A stretch of DNA of 64,000 nt from Leucoraja erinacea. Taxonomy: Eukaryota. Below are positions 1 to 13,324 of the stretch, piece after piece. The notes beneath the pieces are model-generated. The model saw only the letters and a program-made list of their open reading frames with translations, had not been told where the DNA came from and made no database searches. The translations under genes and the position numbers were made by a program. The DNA is taken from assembly GCF_028641065.1 (NCBI RefSeq), contig NC_073391.1, positions 5,580,001 through 5,644,000 on the forward strand. The letters run 5' to 3'. Position 1 is the first letter of the stretch. Every line of letters starts with the position of its first letter.

Positions 1-319
1 CACAAAGGCTAAACAGGGATATTTATAGGTGCCAATCATCTGCTTTGTTTAGGATGGTTTTGAGCTTCCAGGAGATGGTTGTTACCCATCCAGATCATTC
101 TTCTCACCTTCTACTGGTGGTAAGAGCATGGGGTTTGGAGGTGGTGCCAGGAGGTGAGTCAACTGCAGCAGGAACCCTCACCTCTGCTCTGCCCACGGAG
201 CCATGGTATTCATTGTCTGGGGAACCTACTGGAGATAGTCACTGTCTTGTGGCATCAATGTTACTTGTCTAAATGGTGTTTGGATCTTGCTGAATACATG
301 CAAGGGATGCTTCATTGAC

Positions 320-556
320 TGAATGAATGAATGAATGAATGAATATTTTGTTGTCACATATGACAAGCCACAGTGAAATTCTTTGCATGCATGCCCAAGG
401 TATACAATAATCACCCTATAAAGAGAGCCAACAAAGTTACAAAGTATCCCGTGCCACGTCCACCTTTGTTCTTTTGTTCTCCCTCCCTCACAACAACCCC
501 TTCATCCCCCTCCCCCTCACGGCAGTCTCCCCAGGCCGGGTCCTCCTTTGTTCCAC
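320..556 (-). mobile_element. 3' fragment of a non-coding retroposon with Rex1/L2-type tail and (TTCA)n end
   Basis: Minus strand ends ...aatttcactgtggcttgtcatatgtgacaacaaaat(attc)n; similar to 56150-56530. Confidence 0.55.
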
Positions 557-884
557 CCTCGAAGAGTTGTGAATGGAATTGACTTTAGCCAAATGTCCAC
601 TACTGGGTTTTTAATTGAATGAAGGTCACTGAAGAAGCAAGTGTAGATTTTGGACCTTTAGAAAACTACCCTAGAGCAGGGATGATTCATGTCAGACAAC
701 CTCAGCCACCTTCCTGTTCATGGAACACTATGCTATTTATGTTTTTCCCTGTGATGCTCATTGCCTGGGGTTTTATCAGAAACTTTAAAGCCGCAAGTGA
801 TCATCTGTTAACTTGATGTCAGGGTAGTTGCTCTCATCTCACTTTTACAATGAAGCTATTTGGTGTCAGCTTGGGCCAACATTG

Positions 885-1085
885 AGTTGTAAACACACTG
901 TTGGAGGAACTCTGTGGGTAAGGCAGCGTGTGTGGTGAGGAAGGTTGGCATTTCAGATCACCACTCCCAAAGCAGAGTCTCAAACTGAAATGTCGACAAA
1001 TTTATTTCTCCCACAGATGCTGCCTGACCCGTAGAGTTTATCTAGTGTTTTTTTTTTGCTCCAGATTCGAGCATCCACAGTCTTG
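885..1085. mobile_element. Old palindromic Penelope-derived mini-element
   Basis: Degenerate tgttggaggaactc..gcagc arm followed by inverted cagatgctgcctgaccc..gcatccacag arm. Confidence 0.5.
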
Positions 1086-1184
1086 TTTATTAACAATCCA
1101 GGCTCAACACATACTGGTCATTGGTGAGTGAGTTATTGACGAGTTGGTGTTGCTTCTGTGACATCACTCTGCAGAAGTGGAATC

Positions 1185-1340
1185 CACTGTGGCGGATGCT
1201 TAGGTTAACTTTTATGTGGTTGCTGCTTGCTTTTGGCTTGTTGCTTTTCACTTTGTATGGCTGCATGGTAACTCAAATTTCACTGTACCTTAATTGGTAC
1301 ATGTGACAATAAACTGACCTTGAAACCTTGAAATCTTGAT
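1185..1340 (+). mobile_element. Retroposon 3' tail (Rex1/L2-type stem-loop plus (CTTGAAA)n)
   Basis: gtatggctgcatggtaactcaaatttcactgtac..gtacatgtgacaataaa; closely similar to the tail at 9487-9560 (-). Confidence 0.6.
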
Positions 1341-2030
1341 GTTCATAAGTGATAGGAGCAGAATTAGGCCATTTGGCCACCATTCAATCATAGCTGATCT
1401 ATCTTTCCCTCTTAACCGCATTCTCCTGCCTACTCCCCATAACCTCGGACACCCTCAATAATCAAGAATCGATCTCTGCCTTAAAAATATCCATTCATTT
1501 GGCCTCCACAGCAGTCTGTGGCAACGAGTATCACAGATTCACCACACTCTGAGTAAAAAAAAATCCCCCTCATCTTCTTCCTAAAGGAACGTACTTTATT
1601 TCTGAGGCTATGACCTGTGGTCCTAGACTCTCCCACTGATGATGGAGGATTGACCAATTCAGCAATGAGTTGTAATGGATTTGTTCTGCTTTTTAGACTA
1701 AGTTATGCCTGTTGGGTATTTCTACCTTGTAAGGCAGGTATCGGCGTTGCAGCTGAATTTAATCAGCTTGGCTGGTTATTCTGCTAGTTCTGATGTAGAG
1801 ATCTTCTGTACTACAACTGGGATGTTGTGTGGTCCCACAGCATTTGCTATATCCATTGCTCCCATGATATCATATGGACTGAATGCATTGGATGGAGGAG
1901 ACTGGATTCTGCCATGGTGAAGATCTCAGGAGAAAAACAATATGAAATATTTACTCAATGCTTTTGGCTGAACATTGTAGACGCTTTAACCTTTTCTTTG
2001 CAACTTGTAAGAATTGACCCTACTCTGAAA
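1341..2030 (-). mobile_element. CR1/HER1 LINE fragments (3' end and degenerate RT region)
   Basis: Reverse complement of the CR1 3' end seen at 10150-10512. Confidence 0.7.
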
Positions 2031-2687
2031 ATAAATTAATAAATAAATAAATAAAAATCAGGAGGGGGAAAAGGTTCAGATCTAGATTCAGGTTAATATA
2101 TTCATGTGCACTGAGGTACAGTGCAAGAGATAGCTATGGAAGATAAATGAACAAGATATAAAAGTACACTAAAGGGAAGGGAGAATATGGCCCCTCAGAA
2201 ACCATGAACGTGGACAAAAATGCTGGAGAAACTCAGCGGGTGAGGCAGCATCTATGGAGTGAAGGAATAGGTGACGTTTTGGGTTGAGACCTTTCTTCAG
2301 ACTCAACGTGGCTATGAATATGTGCAGCTCTATGAGATGGGCAAGGACCTCAATGGGTATTTCTCCTTTGTCTACCTTGGAAAAATACATGAAGACTAGG
2401 AAACTTGTGACAGATAACAACGATGTCTTGAGGACAGCCCATATAATGGTCAAGGGATGGTGGGCATCTGAAGGCATATGAAGGTGCGTACATCTCGTGA
2501 TCGGATATATCTGAGGACACTATGGGCAGCTAGAGAAGAAATTGCAGGAGCCAGTGGCTGAGATGTATGAATCATCATTAGACAGGTAACTGGAGGCTGG
2601 CTAATCTTATGCCTCAATTTAAGATGGCTACAAGGAGAAGCCTGGGAGCTACAGACCGGAGAGACTAAGATCTGTGATAGGAACTTG

Positions 2688-3013
2688 TGGCCCTGTCCCA
2701 CTTAGGTGATTTTTTAGACGACTGCCGACAATGGAATTCACCAAAGTCAGCACCGGCAACAACCTACGACACCTGGCGACAATCTACGACAGCACCTACT
2801 TCAATCTACGCTCATTGGCGTCAAACCCATCGTCGCTGAAAATGTTTCAACATGTTGAAAATCCAGTGGTGACCTGAAAGACGCTACAACTCTTTGGGCG
2901 ACTGAGGAGACGACTCACGACCATACAGACACCCCGGCAACCACTGGCGACCATGTGGCCACAGCCTAGTCACCTGTAGTCTCCTAAACAATCACCTAAG
3001 TGGGGCAGACCCT
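2688..3013. mobile_element. PIF/Harbinger-type MITE, family A, inserted in a degenerate CR1
   Basis: TIRs tggccctgtcccacttaggtgatt / aatcacctaagtggggcagaccct; flanks TTG/TTA. Confidence 0.75.
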
Positions 3014-4133
3014 TTACTGGTGAGGATTCTGAGGGATTGGATAGACAGGGCCTGATTAAGGATAGCCAGTGCAGGGATGATTTTATAGAGGTATATAAAA
3101 TCATCAGGGGAATTGATAGGGTGAATGGACAATGTCTTATGCTGAGGGTAGTGCAATCAAGAACCAGAGGACATAGGTTTAAGTTGAGAGGGTAAGGTTT
3201 AATAAGAACCTGAAAGGCATCTTTTTTACTGAGAGTTTTAAGATATGAATTGAGGCAGGTAATATAACAGAATTTAAAAAAAAACCCACTTGATCAGGTA
3301 CAGTACATGGATAGGAAAGGTTGATAAAGAGATGGGCTAAACATGTACAAATTGAAGTAACTTAGATGGGGCATCTTGGACAAATCAGACCAAGGGGCCT
3401 GTTTCCATGCTGTGTGGCATTATGACGTAATTAACTGTTAATTATTAAATTCACATAAATTAAAAATATATATAATAATATAAAAAGCACCACACATTAT
3501 AGATCAACTGACGATTAATCTCTCGTTGGAACTTTTGTTCGTGGATGACTTCATGAAGTGATGGGGCTGGGGAGACCACAGCTAGAGTTCTGTCTGCATA
3601 TTTGATCTTTGATACAAAGATCTGCAGAGAGAGTATTTTTGGAAGAGTACACGTGTGATCTAGGATTTACAGTAAAGATTCTCCAGATTTATTCTTGGGC
3701 TGAGGTCATTAAGCAGACTAGAGTTGAGAAGAATGAAAATTTAAAACAGGGCTCGACATAGAGGGAAAAGAGGAAGAGTGTAGGAAGGAACTGCAGATGC
3801 TGGTTTACACTGAAGATAGACAAAAAATGCTGGAGTAACTCAGCGGGACAGGCAGCGTCTGTGGATAGAAGGAATGGGTGACGTTTCGGGTTGAGGCTCT
3901 TCTTCAGACAAGGGGAAGATATTTCCCCCAGGCGGGATCTCTGTATCTCGGTCTCGCAGTTTAAAAATAAGAGGTCGACCAATCATGAGTGGAACGAGAT
4001 TAAACTAGAGACGATCATAAATCTTAGGAATTCATAATCCATGAGGGCTGTGGTCACCTATATTTTCTGGGACATGATACTAGGGGTGAGAAGCAGGGTC
4101 ACCTTGTCGTCGTGGAGAAGCTTGTGTGGTCCT

Positions 4134-7100
4134 CCTGTGGGACTCTATAGTCAGGAGGTCGGATAGGCGATTCTATGGACGCAGACAGGAGACCCGGATG
4201 GTAGTTTGCCTCCCTGGTGCCAGGGTCAGGGATGTGTCTGAACATGTCCAAGATATCCTGAAATGGGAGGGAGAGGAGCTTGAGGTCGTGGTACATATAG
4301 GTACCAACGACATAGGTAGAAAAAGAGAAGAGGTCCTGAAAGAAGAATTTAGGGAGTTAGGTTAGGAGAGTTAAGGAGAAGGACTGCAAAGGTAACAATC
4401 TCAGGATTACTACCTGTGCCACGTGACCACTGTGGACAAGACTGTACTGCCAGACTCAATAACAACTTCATCAACAAGTTCGCTGATGACACAACAGTGG
4501 TGGGTCTCATCACTAACAATGATGAATCGGCGTACAGGATGGAGGTGGAGCTGCTCACAGGTTGGTGCAAATCCCACAACCTCATTCTTAACGTGGGAAA
4601 AACTAAGGAGATGGTGGTTGACTTCAGGAGGGCGGGGAAACAACACCATACACCTCTGCACATCGACGGAGCTGATGTGGAAAGGGTCAGCAGCATGAAG
4701 TTCTTAGGACTACATCTGTCTGATGACCTGACGTCCACGGCCAACACCACAGCTCTGGTCAAGAGAGCCCAGCAGCGACTTCACCCTCTCCGAAGACTAC
4801 GTAAAGCAGGCCTCCCCACCACACACCTACGGACTTTTTATAGGGGGACAATCGAGAGCACACTGACATACGGCATCACTTCCTGGTTCGGGAGCTGCAA
4901 AGCGTACGAACGGCACCAACTGGACAGGATAGTGAAGACCGCAAGCAGGATTATTGGTGCTCCACTCCCCTTCCTGCTGGACATATACAGGAAGAGATGT
5001 ATCAACAGAGCCATCTCCATCATCAAAGACCCTTACCACCCATCGCATGACATATTCTCCATCCTCCCATCTGGGAAGAGGTACAGGAGCATTAGCTGCA
5101 AAACCAGCAGGATGCTCCTCAGCTTCTTCCCACAGGCTATAAGACTGTTAAATGGACTTTGCCCCCTGCCAAGTATCGCGCACAAACCCCCACACTGCAG
5201 CAGAGCCACTGTTGTGCCGCTGCCGGTCGGAACGGCTGTTGAATGTTTAGTAGAGTGTTAAATTTGTTCATGACATGTATTTTTTAATTTTAATTCCTAT
5301 CTATTTTTTAATGCAAACTGAATGGACACTGGTTGAGCAACGTTTTTTTTGTTTCCTCTGGGTATGCGAATACTCAGGAAATTACAATAAAGATATACAA
5401 TACAATACAGTGAGAGTAGGAATGGAGCGAGGTGGAGGATGAATGCGTGGATGAGGGACTGTTGCAGTGGGTATGAATTTAAGTTTCTGGATCATTGGGA
5501 CCTCTTTTGGGGAAGGTGCGACCTGTACAGAAAGGACGGGTTGCACTTGAACTCGAGGGGGACCAATATCCTGGTGGGGAGATTTGCAAAGGCTACTGGG
5601 GAGATTTTAAACTAGAACGGTTGGGGGGAGGGACTCAAATTGGGAAAGCAAGCAGTCAATGTGTGAGGCAGGAGGCAGAGAAGGGTAGCACTCTGACCCA
5701 AAATGTAGGGTAGAAGGAAGAAAAAGACAATAAACAGAGAATAAGAGAGGGTGGGTTTCTTAAATGTGTATATTTTAATGCTAGGAGCATTGTAAGAAAG
5801 GTGGATGAACTTAGAGCCTGGATTGTCACCTGTAAGTATGATGTTGTGGCGATCAGTGAAACATGGTTGCAGGAGGGCTGTGATTGGAAACTAAATATTC
5901 CAGGATTTCGTTGCTTCAGGTGTGATAGAATTGGAGGGGCAAGAGGTGGAGGTGTTGCATTGCTTATCAGGGAAGATATTACAGCAGTGCTTTGGCAGTA
6001 TAGATTAGAGGGCTCGTCTAGGGAGGCTATTTGGGTGGAACTGAGAAATGGGAAAGGGGTAGCAACACTTATAGGGGTGTATTATAGACCGCCAAATGGG
6101 GAGCGAGTACTGGAAGAGCAAATATGTAAGGAGATAGCAGATATTAGTAGTAAGCACAAGGTAGTGATTGTGGGAGATTTCAATTTTCCACACATAGACT
6201 GGGAAACACATTCTGTAAATGGGCTGGATGGTTTGGAGTTTGTAAAATGTGTGCAGGATAGATTTTTGCATCAATACATAGAGGTACCTACTAGAGAAGG
6301 GGCAGTGCTGGACCTCCTGTTAGGAAATGAGACGGGTCAGGTGGCAGAGGTATGCGTTGGGGGACAGTTCGGGTCCAGTGATCACAATACCATTAGTTTC
6401 AATATAATTATGGAGAGGGTCAGAACTGGACCTAGGGTTGAGATTTTTGATTGGGGAAAGGCTTGTGGAGATGCGAAGGGATTTAAAAGGAGTAAATTGG
6501 GACATTTTGTTTTATGGGAAAGATGTGGAAGAGAAATGGAGGACATTTAAAGGTGAAATTTTAAGAGTACAGAATCTTTATGTCCCTGTTCGGTTGAAAG
6601 GAAATATTAAAAATTGGAAAGAGCCATGGTTTTCAAGGGAAATTGGACACTTGGTTCGGAAAAAGAGAGAGAGATCTACAATAATTATAGGCAGCATGGA
6701 GTAAATGAGGTGCTTGAGGAGTATAAAGAATGTAAAAAGAATCTTAAGAAAGAAATTAGAAAAGCTAAAAGAAGATATGAGGTTGCTTTGGCAAGTAAGG
6801 TGAAAGTAAATCCAAAGGGTTTCTACAGCTATATTAATAGCAAAAGGATAACGAGGGATTAAATTGGTCCATTAGAGAGTCAGAGTGGACAGCTATCTGC
6901 AGAGCCAAAAGAGATGGGGGAGATATTGAACAATTTATTTTCTTCGGTATTCACCAAGGAGAAGGATATTGAATTATGTGAGGTAAGGGAAACAAGTAGA
7001 GTAGCTATGGAAACTATGAGATTCAAAGAAGAGGAAGTACTGACACTTTTGAGAAATATAAAAGTGGATAAGTCTCCAGGTCTGGACAGGATATTCCCTA

Positions 7101-8639
7101 GGACATTGAGGGAAGTTAGTGTAGAAATATCAGGGGCTATGACAGAAATATTTCAAATGTCATTAGAAACGGGAATAGTACCGGAGGATTGGCGTACTGC
7201 GCATGTTGTTCCATTGTTTAAAAAGGGTTCTAAGAGTAAACCTAGCAATTATAGACCTGTTAGTTTGACGTCAGTGGTGGGCAAATTAATGGAAAGGATA
7301 CTTAGAGATAATATATATAAGCATCTGGATAAACAGGGTCTGATTAGGAACAGTCAACATGGATTTGTGCCTGGAAGGTCATGTTTGACTAATCTTCTTG
7401 AATTTCTTGAAGAGATTACTCGTGAAATTGATGAGGGTAAAGCAGTGGACATTGTATATATGGACTTCAGTAAGGCCTTTGACAAGGTTCCTCATGGAAG
7501 GTTGGTTAAGAAGGTTTAATTGTTGGGTATTCATCGTGGAGTAGCAAGATGGATTCAACAGTGGCTGAATGGGAGATGCCAGAGAGTAATGGTGGATGGC
7601 TGTTTGTCAGGTTGGAGGCCAGTGACTAGTGGGGTGCCACAGGGATCTGTGTTGGGTCCACTGTTGTTTGTCATGTACTTCAATGATCTGGATGATGGTG
7701 CGGTTAATTGGATTAGTAAGTATGCAGATGATACTAAGATAGGTGGTGTTGTGGATAATGAAGTAGATTTTCAAAGTCTACAGAGAGATTTATGCCAGTT
7801 TGAAGAGTGGGCTGAAAGATGGCAGATGGAGTTTAATGCTAATAAGTGTGAGGTGCTATATCTGGGCAGGACAAATCAAAATAGGACGTACATGGTAAAT
7901 GGTAGGGAATTGAAGAATGCAGTTGAACAGAGGGATCTGGGAATAACTGTGCACAGTTCCCTGAAGATGGAATCTCATGTAGATAGGGTGGTAAAGAAAG
8001 CTTTTGGTGTGCTAGCCTTTATAAATCAGAGCATTGAGTTGGGATGTAATGTTAAAATTATACAAGGCATTGGTGAGGCCAATTCTGGAGTATGGTGTAC
8101 AATTTTGGTCACCTAATTATAGGAAGGATGTCAACAAAATAGAGAGAGTACAGAGGAGATTTACTAGAATGGTGCCTGGGTTTCAGCAACTAAGTTACAG
8201 AGAAAGGTTGAACAAGTTAGGTCTTTATTCTTTGGAGTGCAGAAGGTTAAGGGGGGATTTGATAGAGGTCTTTAAAATGATGAGAGGGATAGACAGAGTT
8301 GACGTGGATAAGCTTTTCCCACTGAGAGTAGGGAAGATTCAAACAAGAGGACATGAGTTGAGAATTAAGCAACAGAAGTTTAGGGGTAACATGAGGGGGA
8401 ACTTCTTTACTCAGAGAGTGGTATCTGTGTGGAATGAGCTTCCAGTGGAGGTGGTGGAGGCAGGTTCGTTTTTATCATTTAAAAATTAATTGGATAGTTA
8501 TATGGACGGGAAAGGAATGGAGGGTTATGGTCTGAATCCAAGTAGATGGGACTAGGGGAGATTATGTGTTCGGCACGGACTAGAAGGGCCGAGATGGCCT
8601 GTTTCCGTGCTGTAATTGTTATATGGTTATATGGTTATA
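4134..8639 (+). mobile_element. CR1/HER1 LINE, 5'-truncated in ORF1, with near-complete disrupted ORF2 (APE and RT)
   Basis: ORF1 esterase-like DSIVR..VCLPGA..HIGTND; APE YFNARS..SETW..YYRPP..GDFN..SDH; RT YRPVSL, QHGF, DFSKAFD, SGVPQGSVLGP, YADD; (TTATATGG)n tail; TGGTCCT at 4127-4133 and 8640-8646. Confidence 0.95.
4428..5408 (+). mobile_element. Rex1/Babar-like LINE 3' fragment nested in CR1 ORF1
   Basis: Stop-free KFADDTTVVGLI..LNVGKTKEMVVDFRR..LPSGKRYRS..SFFPQAIRLLN; (ATACA)n tail; host ORF1 reads through across the insert (PVPRD|SESRN). Confidence 0.9.
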
Positions 8640-9486
8640 TGGTCCTGAGATCCTGAGAGCGATGCCGTCTGGAGCTATGCTCCTGGTAGGGTCACCCATG
8701 GCGGTAAGGTTGAAGGGGAGGTCTATAACAAAGAAAAGTCCAACCAAGACCTCAATGGTGGAACAGGCGGAGGTTGATGGCTGACTTTAGTGGAACGTCA
8801 CAACGGCTGGGAAGGCGGATGAAGGCTGCAGCAGAAAAAGGTCCCCGGTTGTCTTGGATTCCATGCCACTGGATCCTGACCCAGATCTGTCAAGGACCGT
8901 GGGGTGGCTGTCTGTGCACCAGTCTCCCCACGTTAGACAAAGTCACGCACAGGCATCCTCCATATAGAGGACAGTCATACATTTTTCGAGTGACTGCCGA
9001 TAATGAAGAAGCACATATATAAGACAATTCTGAATTTCAAGACCAATTAGAACAGAGGGTGGCAGCAGTTGAAAATTTAATCTCCAGATATTATTTCCAG
9101 GTTGCTTTTGAGTGCACGTGCAGCAATTTAATATATTGGCTCTGAAGACCGACTTGGGTGTATTAATTGCCAGGTCTCATTCGAAATGCACAAAATGGTC
9201 TCCCACCAAGCTCCCTGGCACACTAGCAACCTATTCCATTTTCTGAGTACAAATGACTGCAGGTCAGCAAAACATCTACCTAATGTGACAATATATATTT
9301 AAAACCAAAATGAGTCATAGGCCTACGTCCATTAAACAATCTCTGAAGATTTTGTTGGGTAGGAAGGAAGTTCTATTTCTAAGCTAAATACCATCATGCT
9401 TGGAGGAACTATGCAAAGATTGTTAACAGGACAAAACTGATACGCAGGCCCTAGAAACAAGGCAGAATAATGGACGTGGTTGCAAA

Positions 9487-9995
9487 TTCAAGTTCAAGTC
9501 ACATTTATTGTCACATGCAACAATTGGTGCAGTGAGATTTGAGTTACCATACAGCCATACGAATAAAAAGAACGCAACACACGATAGAATTTAACATGAA
9601 CATCTCCACACAGCGGAATCAATGTTTTCCATTGTGAGGGTAGAGCAGGCCCAACACTCCGGAGCTCCAACACAGGCGATCCCCGGTAAGGCATTGCCCC
9701 GCTCCATGATGGAATTCAGTGCTGCACCGATACTGAAGCTCTGGCTGGTCTGCGGCAGGAAAGGCCACGCTAATCCAGTTGGTAGGCCGCGAGGAGGTGA
9801 GGGGGTGAAGATGCGACTCTGAGAAAAAGAGGCATCCTCGACCAGGTAGTGACTGAGAAAACGGTTTCCCCCTTCACCCCCCACATAATAAAGAATAAGA
9901 AACCTCCAAAACCATACTTTTGACACTAAAAATAACAAAAACGGTGAAATGACAGACAAACTGCTGGCGAGGCTGCCGCGTGCGGTGCCACCCAA
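9487..9995 (-). mobile_element. Non-coding retroposon with GC-rich head and Rex1/L2-type tail
   Basis: Tail tgtgacaataaatgtga(cttgaa)n; same architecture as 62697-63462. Confidence 0.65.
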
Positions 9996-10149
9996 TGACA
10001 CAAGGGGTCAAACTGGGAATTAATACACCGGGATATGTGTGTTTTAAGGATTGATGGCAATACATAGGTGGTGAGGTAGCACTGTTAAAACAGATGAAAT
10101 AAGATGAGCTGAGAGTGATGATGTAGGCTCAGAGTGATCCAGGCACCAC

Positions 10150-10512
10150 TTAAGGGGTTGGACAGGCTAGATGCAGGAAGATTGTTCCCGATGTTAGGGA
10201 AGTCCAGGACAAGAGGTCACAGCTTAAGGATAAGGGGGAAATCCTTTAAAACCGAGATGAGAAGAACTTTTTTCACACAGAGAGTGGTGAATCTCTAGAA
10301 CTCTCTGCCACAGAGGGTAGTTGAGGCCAGTTCATTGGCTATATTTAAGAGGGAGTTAGATGTGGCCCTTGTGGCTAAGGGGATCAGGGGGTATGGAGAG
10401 AAGGCAGGTACGGGATACTGAGTTGGATGATCAGCCATGATCATATTGAATGCCGGTGCAGGCTCGAAGGGCCGAATGGCCTACTCCTGCACCTAATTTC
10501 TATGTTTCTATT
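10150..10512 (+). mobile_element. CR1 3' fragment
   Basis: RTRGHSLRI..FFTQRVV region; 3' hairpin gggccgaatggcctactcc and TTCTATGT tail. Confidence 0.85.
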
Positions 10513-10994
10513 TGTGGAGGTAAAAAATAGCAATGAAATGAAAAACCTGTAGGATAGGATATGAAACTAAAAATATATGTGTATTAAAAGCACAATGCTA
10601 TAGTTAAGTAATTATTAAGGAATAGATATGAGTTTAGTCCTCATGTGGGTCGGGTTGGTCAAGTTGGAATGAATACCTGTTACAACCAAATCATAGAGTG
10701 TATTCGGATAGTTTCCCGGAGAAATATGTTATGGGATCAAATAGAGAACAGGATCTGCATCTGGCAATGATGACTGCGGTAACTTGGACCTTGGATTTGG
10801 TAATAATGACTGAGGCACCTTCAATAAATAACCTTAGGGTAAAGGATCCCCTGGGATGCAATGATGATCATTTGAAAGATTTTTGCATTCCGTTTGAGAG
10901 TAAGAAAATTTGATTGGAACCAAATGTGTTTGATTGCAATAAAGGAATTACAATGGAAAGTAGACTGAACAAACAGTTGAGCAAGTACGACAGA

Positions 10995-11655
10995 AGAAAG
11001 CTAATGGAATGTTGGCCTTCATAACGAGGATTTCAGTATAGGAGTAAAGAGGATCTTCTGCATTTGTATAGGGCTCTGGTGAGACCATATCTGGAGTATT
11101 GTGTACAGTTTTGGTCTCCTAATTTGAGGAAGGACATCCTTGTGACTGAGGCTGTGCAGCGTAGGTTCACAAGATTGATCCCTGGGATGGCGGGACTGTC
11201 ATATGAGGAAAGATTGAAAAGACTAGGGTTGTATTCCTTAGAAGGATGAGGGGTTATCTTATAGAAACATATAAAATTATAAAACGACTGGACAAGCTAG
11301 ATGCAGGAAAAATGTTCCCAATGTTGGGCGAGTCCAGAACCAGGGGCCACAGTCTTAGACTAATGGGGAGGTCATTTAACACTAAGGTGAAAAAAAAACG
11401 TTTTCACCCAGAGAGTTGTGAATTTATGGAATTCCCAGCCACAGAGGGCAGTGGAGGTCAAGTCACTGGATGGATTTAAGAGAGAGTTAGATAGAGCTCT
11501 AAGGGCTAGTGGAGTCAAGGGATATGGGGAGAAGGCAGGCACGGGTTATTGATAGGGGACGATCATCCAAGATCACAATGAATGGCGGTGCTGGCTCGAA
11601 GGGCTGGCTCCTCCTGCCCTTATTTTCTATATTTCTATGTTTCTATGTTTCTATA
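10995..11655 (+). mobile_element. CR1 3' fragment
   Basis: [26 protein letters not shown]; (TTCTATGT)n tail. Confidence 0.88.
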
Positions 11656-12723
11656 TTAGAAGACAAGATAAGACAAGACAGGACAGGAAGCAGGAAACAT
11701 TTAAGGAGGGAATACATGGCACTCAGCAAAAAAATATCCCATCAGGAGAAAATGTCCAAGGGAGGGATGGATCAACCTTGGTTAACTATGGGTGGTAATG
11801 AGGGTATTAAGCTGAAGCTCTTGATTTGAACTGGTGTCAAGGGTCATGGAGAGAAGGCAGGAAAATGGGATTAGGAGGCAGAGATCAGCCATGATTGAAT
11901 GGCGGAGTAGACTCGATGGGCCGAATGGCCTAATTCTACTACAGCTTGTGAACTTGTGCAGGTATATAAGGAGGCAAATGTTCACAAAGATCTGAAAACT
12001 AGGATAAATTCAGAGCTCAGCAAAGGAGAACAATAAAGAAAGTATAGAGAGAGAAGATAAAATATGAGGGCAAACTAGTGAGGAATATAAGAAGGACAAC
12101 CAAACTCATTGTGAGGTTTTCACATCACAAGACTGGTGGAATCTACCCTCAATCAGTACAGCGTTTTCTCACATCACTTCAGTATTCTGCAGTGTATCTC
12201 AGCAGAAGTTACAGACAGACCTTTGCAACAAAGGAAACTGCCCACAGTCTTTGGAGATTTTGCGGAATTGTTAAAATTTGGTATTATACTTGCATATCTA
12301 TATATTTCTACTTTCTGTCACTCATTTACCAACCCTCCAGCAGCCAATGCTCATCATTATGCTAGCAGTCAGCTGGAACAAACAAGGATAGAATCCAAAA
12401 TATCTAACCTGTAGCTAGGCCCTCAGAGGCTTGATCACCCAGCTATAAACATGTCTGGAGCTCGCAAAGTAGCAGCACAAATCTTCTGGTGACTGTGCCG
12501 AAACTTGTACAAAAAATAGAATTGATGAAGTTCACGGCAGTTTAATCACCTAGTCACAAAATAAATCAAAAACTATGTTTTTTTTAGAATTCAAATCATC
12601 CTTTGAGGCATATTTCCATATTGGTCAATTAACACTTTTTGTTATAGCTATGTTATCAAATTACTATTGAACAGTAAATTGGATGACTAGCTTCAAAGAC
12701 ATAGGCACCATGAACATCTATCC

Positions 12724-12993
12724 GGCACGGTGGTGCAATGGTAGACCATGGCCGCTTGTCTCTATGGAGTTTGTACGTTCTCCCTGTTTTCTCCGAGATC
12801 TTCAGTTTCCTCCCACACTCCAAAGACATAGAGGTTTGTAGGTTAATTGGTTTGGTATAAATGTAAATTGTCCCTGGTGTGTGTAGGAAAGTGTTTGTGT
12901 GCGGGGATCGCTGATCGGAGTAGACGCGGTGGGCCGAATGTCCTGTTTCCGCGCTGTATCTCTAATTTAAACTAAACTAAACTAAACTAAAAC
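12724..12993 (+). mobile_element. HE1-type tRNA-derived V-SINE (internally deleted)
   Basis: A-box-like ggcacggtggtgcaatggtag, V-domain gtttcctcccacactccaaagac, LINE-derived tail and (CTAAA)n. Confidence 0.8.
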
Positions 12994-13069
12994 ATAATAG
13001 ATAATCCAACCTATGATGATAGTGGAATACTAGAAACATGAGGTCAGTGGTTGTGGGCCTAGTTGCTAG

Positions 13070-13324
13070 CACAGCGGCACAGCAGGTTCGATCCTGACCA
13101 TGGGTGCTGTATGGAGTTTGAAAGTTCTCCTTGTGACCCCATGGGCTTTTTCTGGGTTCTCCAAAGATATACAGGTTTGTAGGTTATTTGGCTTTCGTAA
13201 AATTATAAATAGTAAATTTTTCCTAGTGTATAGGATAAGGTTAGCGTGAGGTGATCGCTGGTCGGAGCAGACTCGGTGGACCAGAGGGCCTGTTTCTGCG
13301 CTACATCTCTAAACTGAACTGAAC
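13070..13324 (+). mobile_element. HE1-type V-SINE (degenerate)
   Basis: B-box ggttcgatcc, V-domain remnant, gggcctgtttc..ctctaaact tail. Confidence 0.75.

Larger units (their letters stand above)
4096..9006 (+). mobile_element. Short non-autonomous RTE-like element (4096-4133 plus 8640-9006) split by a CR1
   Basis: caccttgtcgtcgtggagaagcttgtgtggtcct continues after the CR1 as gagatcctgagagcgatgccgtctggagctatgctcctggtagggtcacccatggc, resembling RTE/Expander 5' ends. TSD AGAAGCA at 4089-4095 and 9007-9013. Confidence 0.65.

Noticed and set aside
4416-5261. In-frame fusion of CR1 ORF1 to Rex1 RT
   Set aside because: One-in-three chance event; upstream ORF1 is truncated and frameshifted, and the RT lacks its N-terminal motifs.
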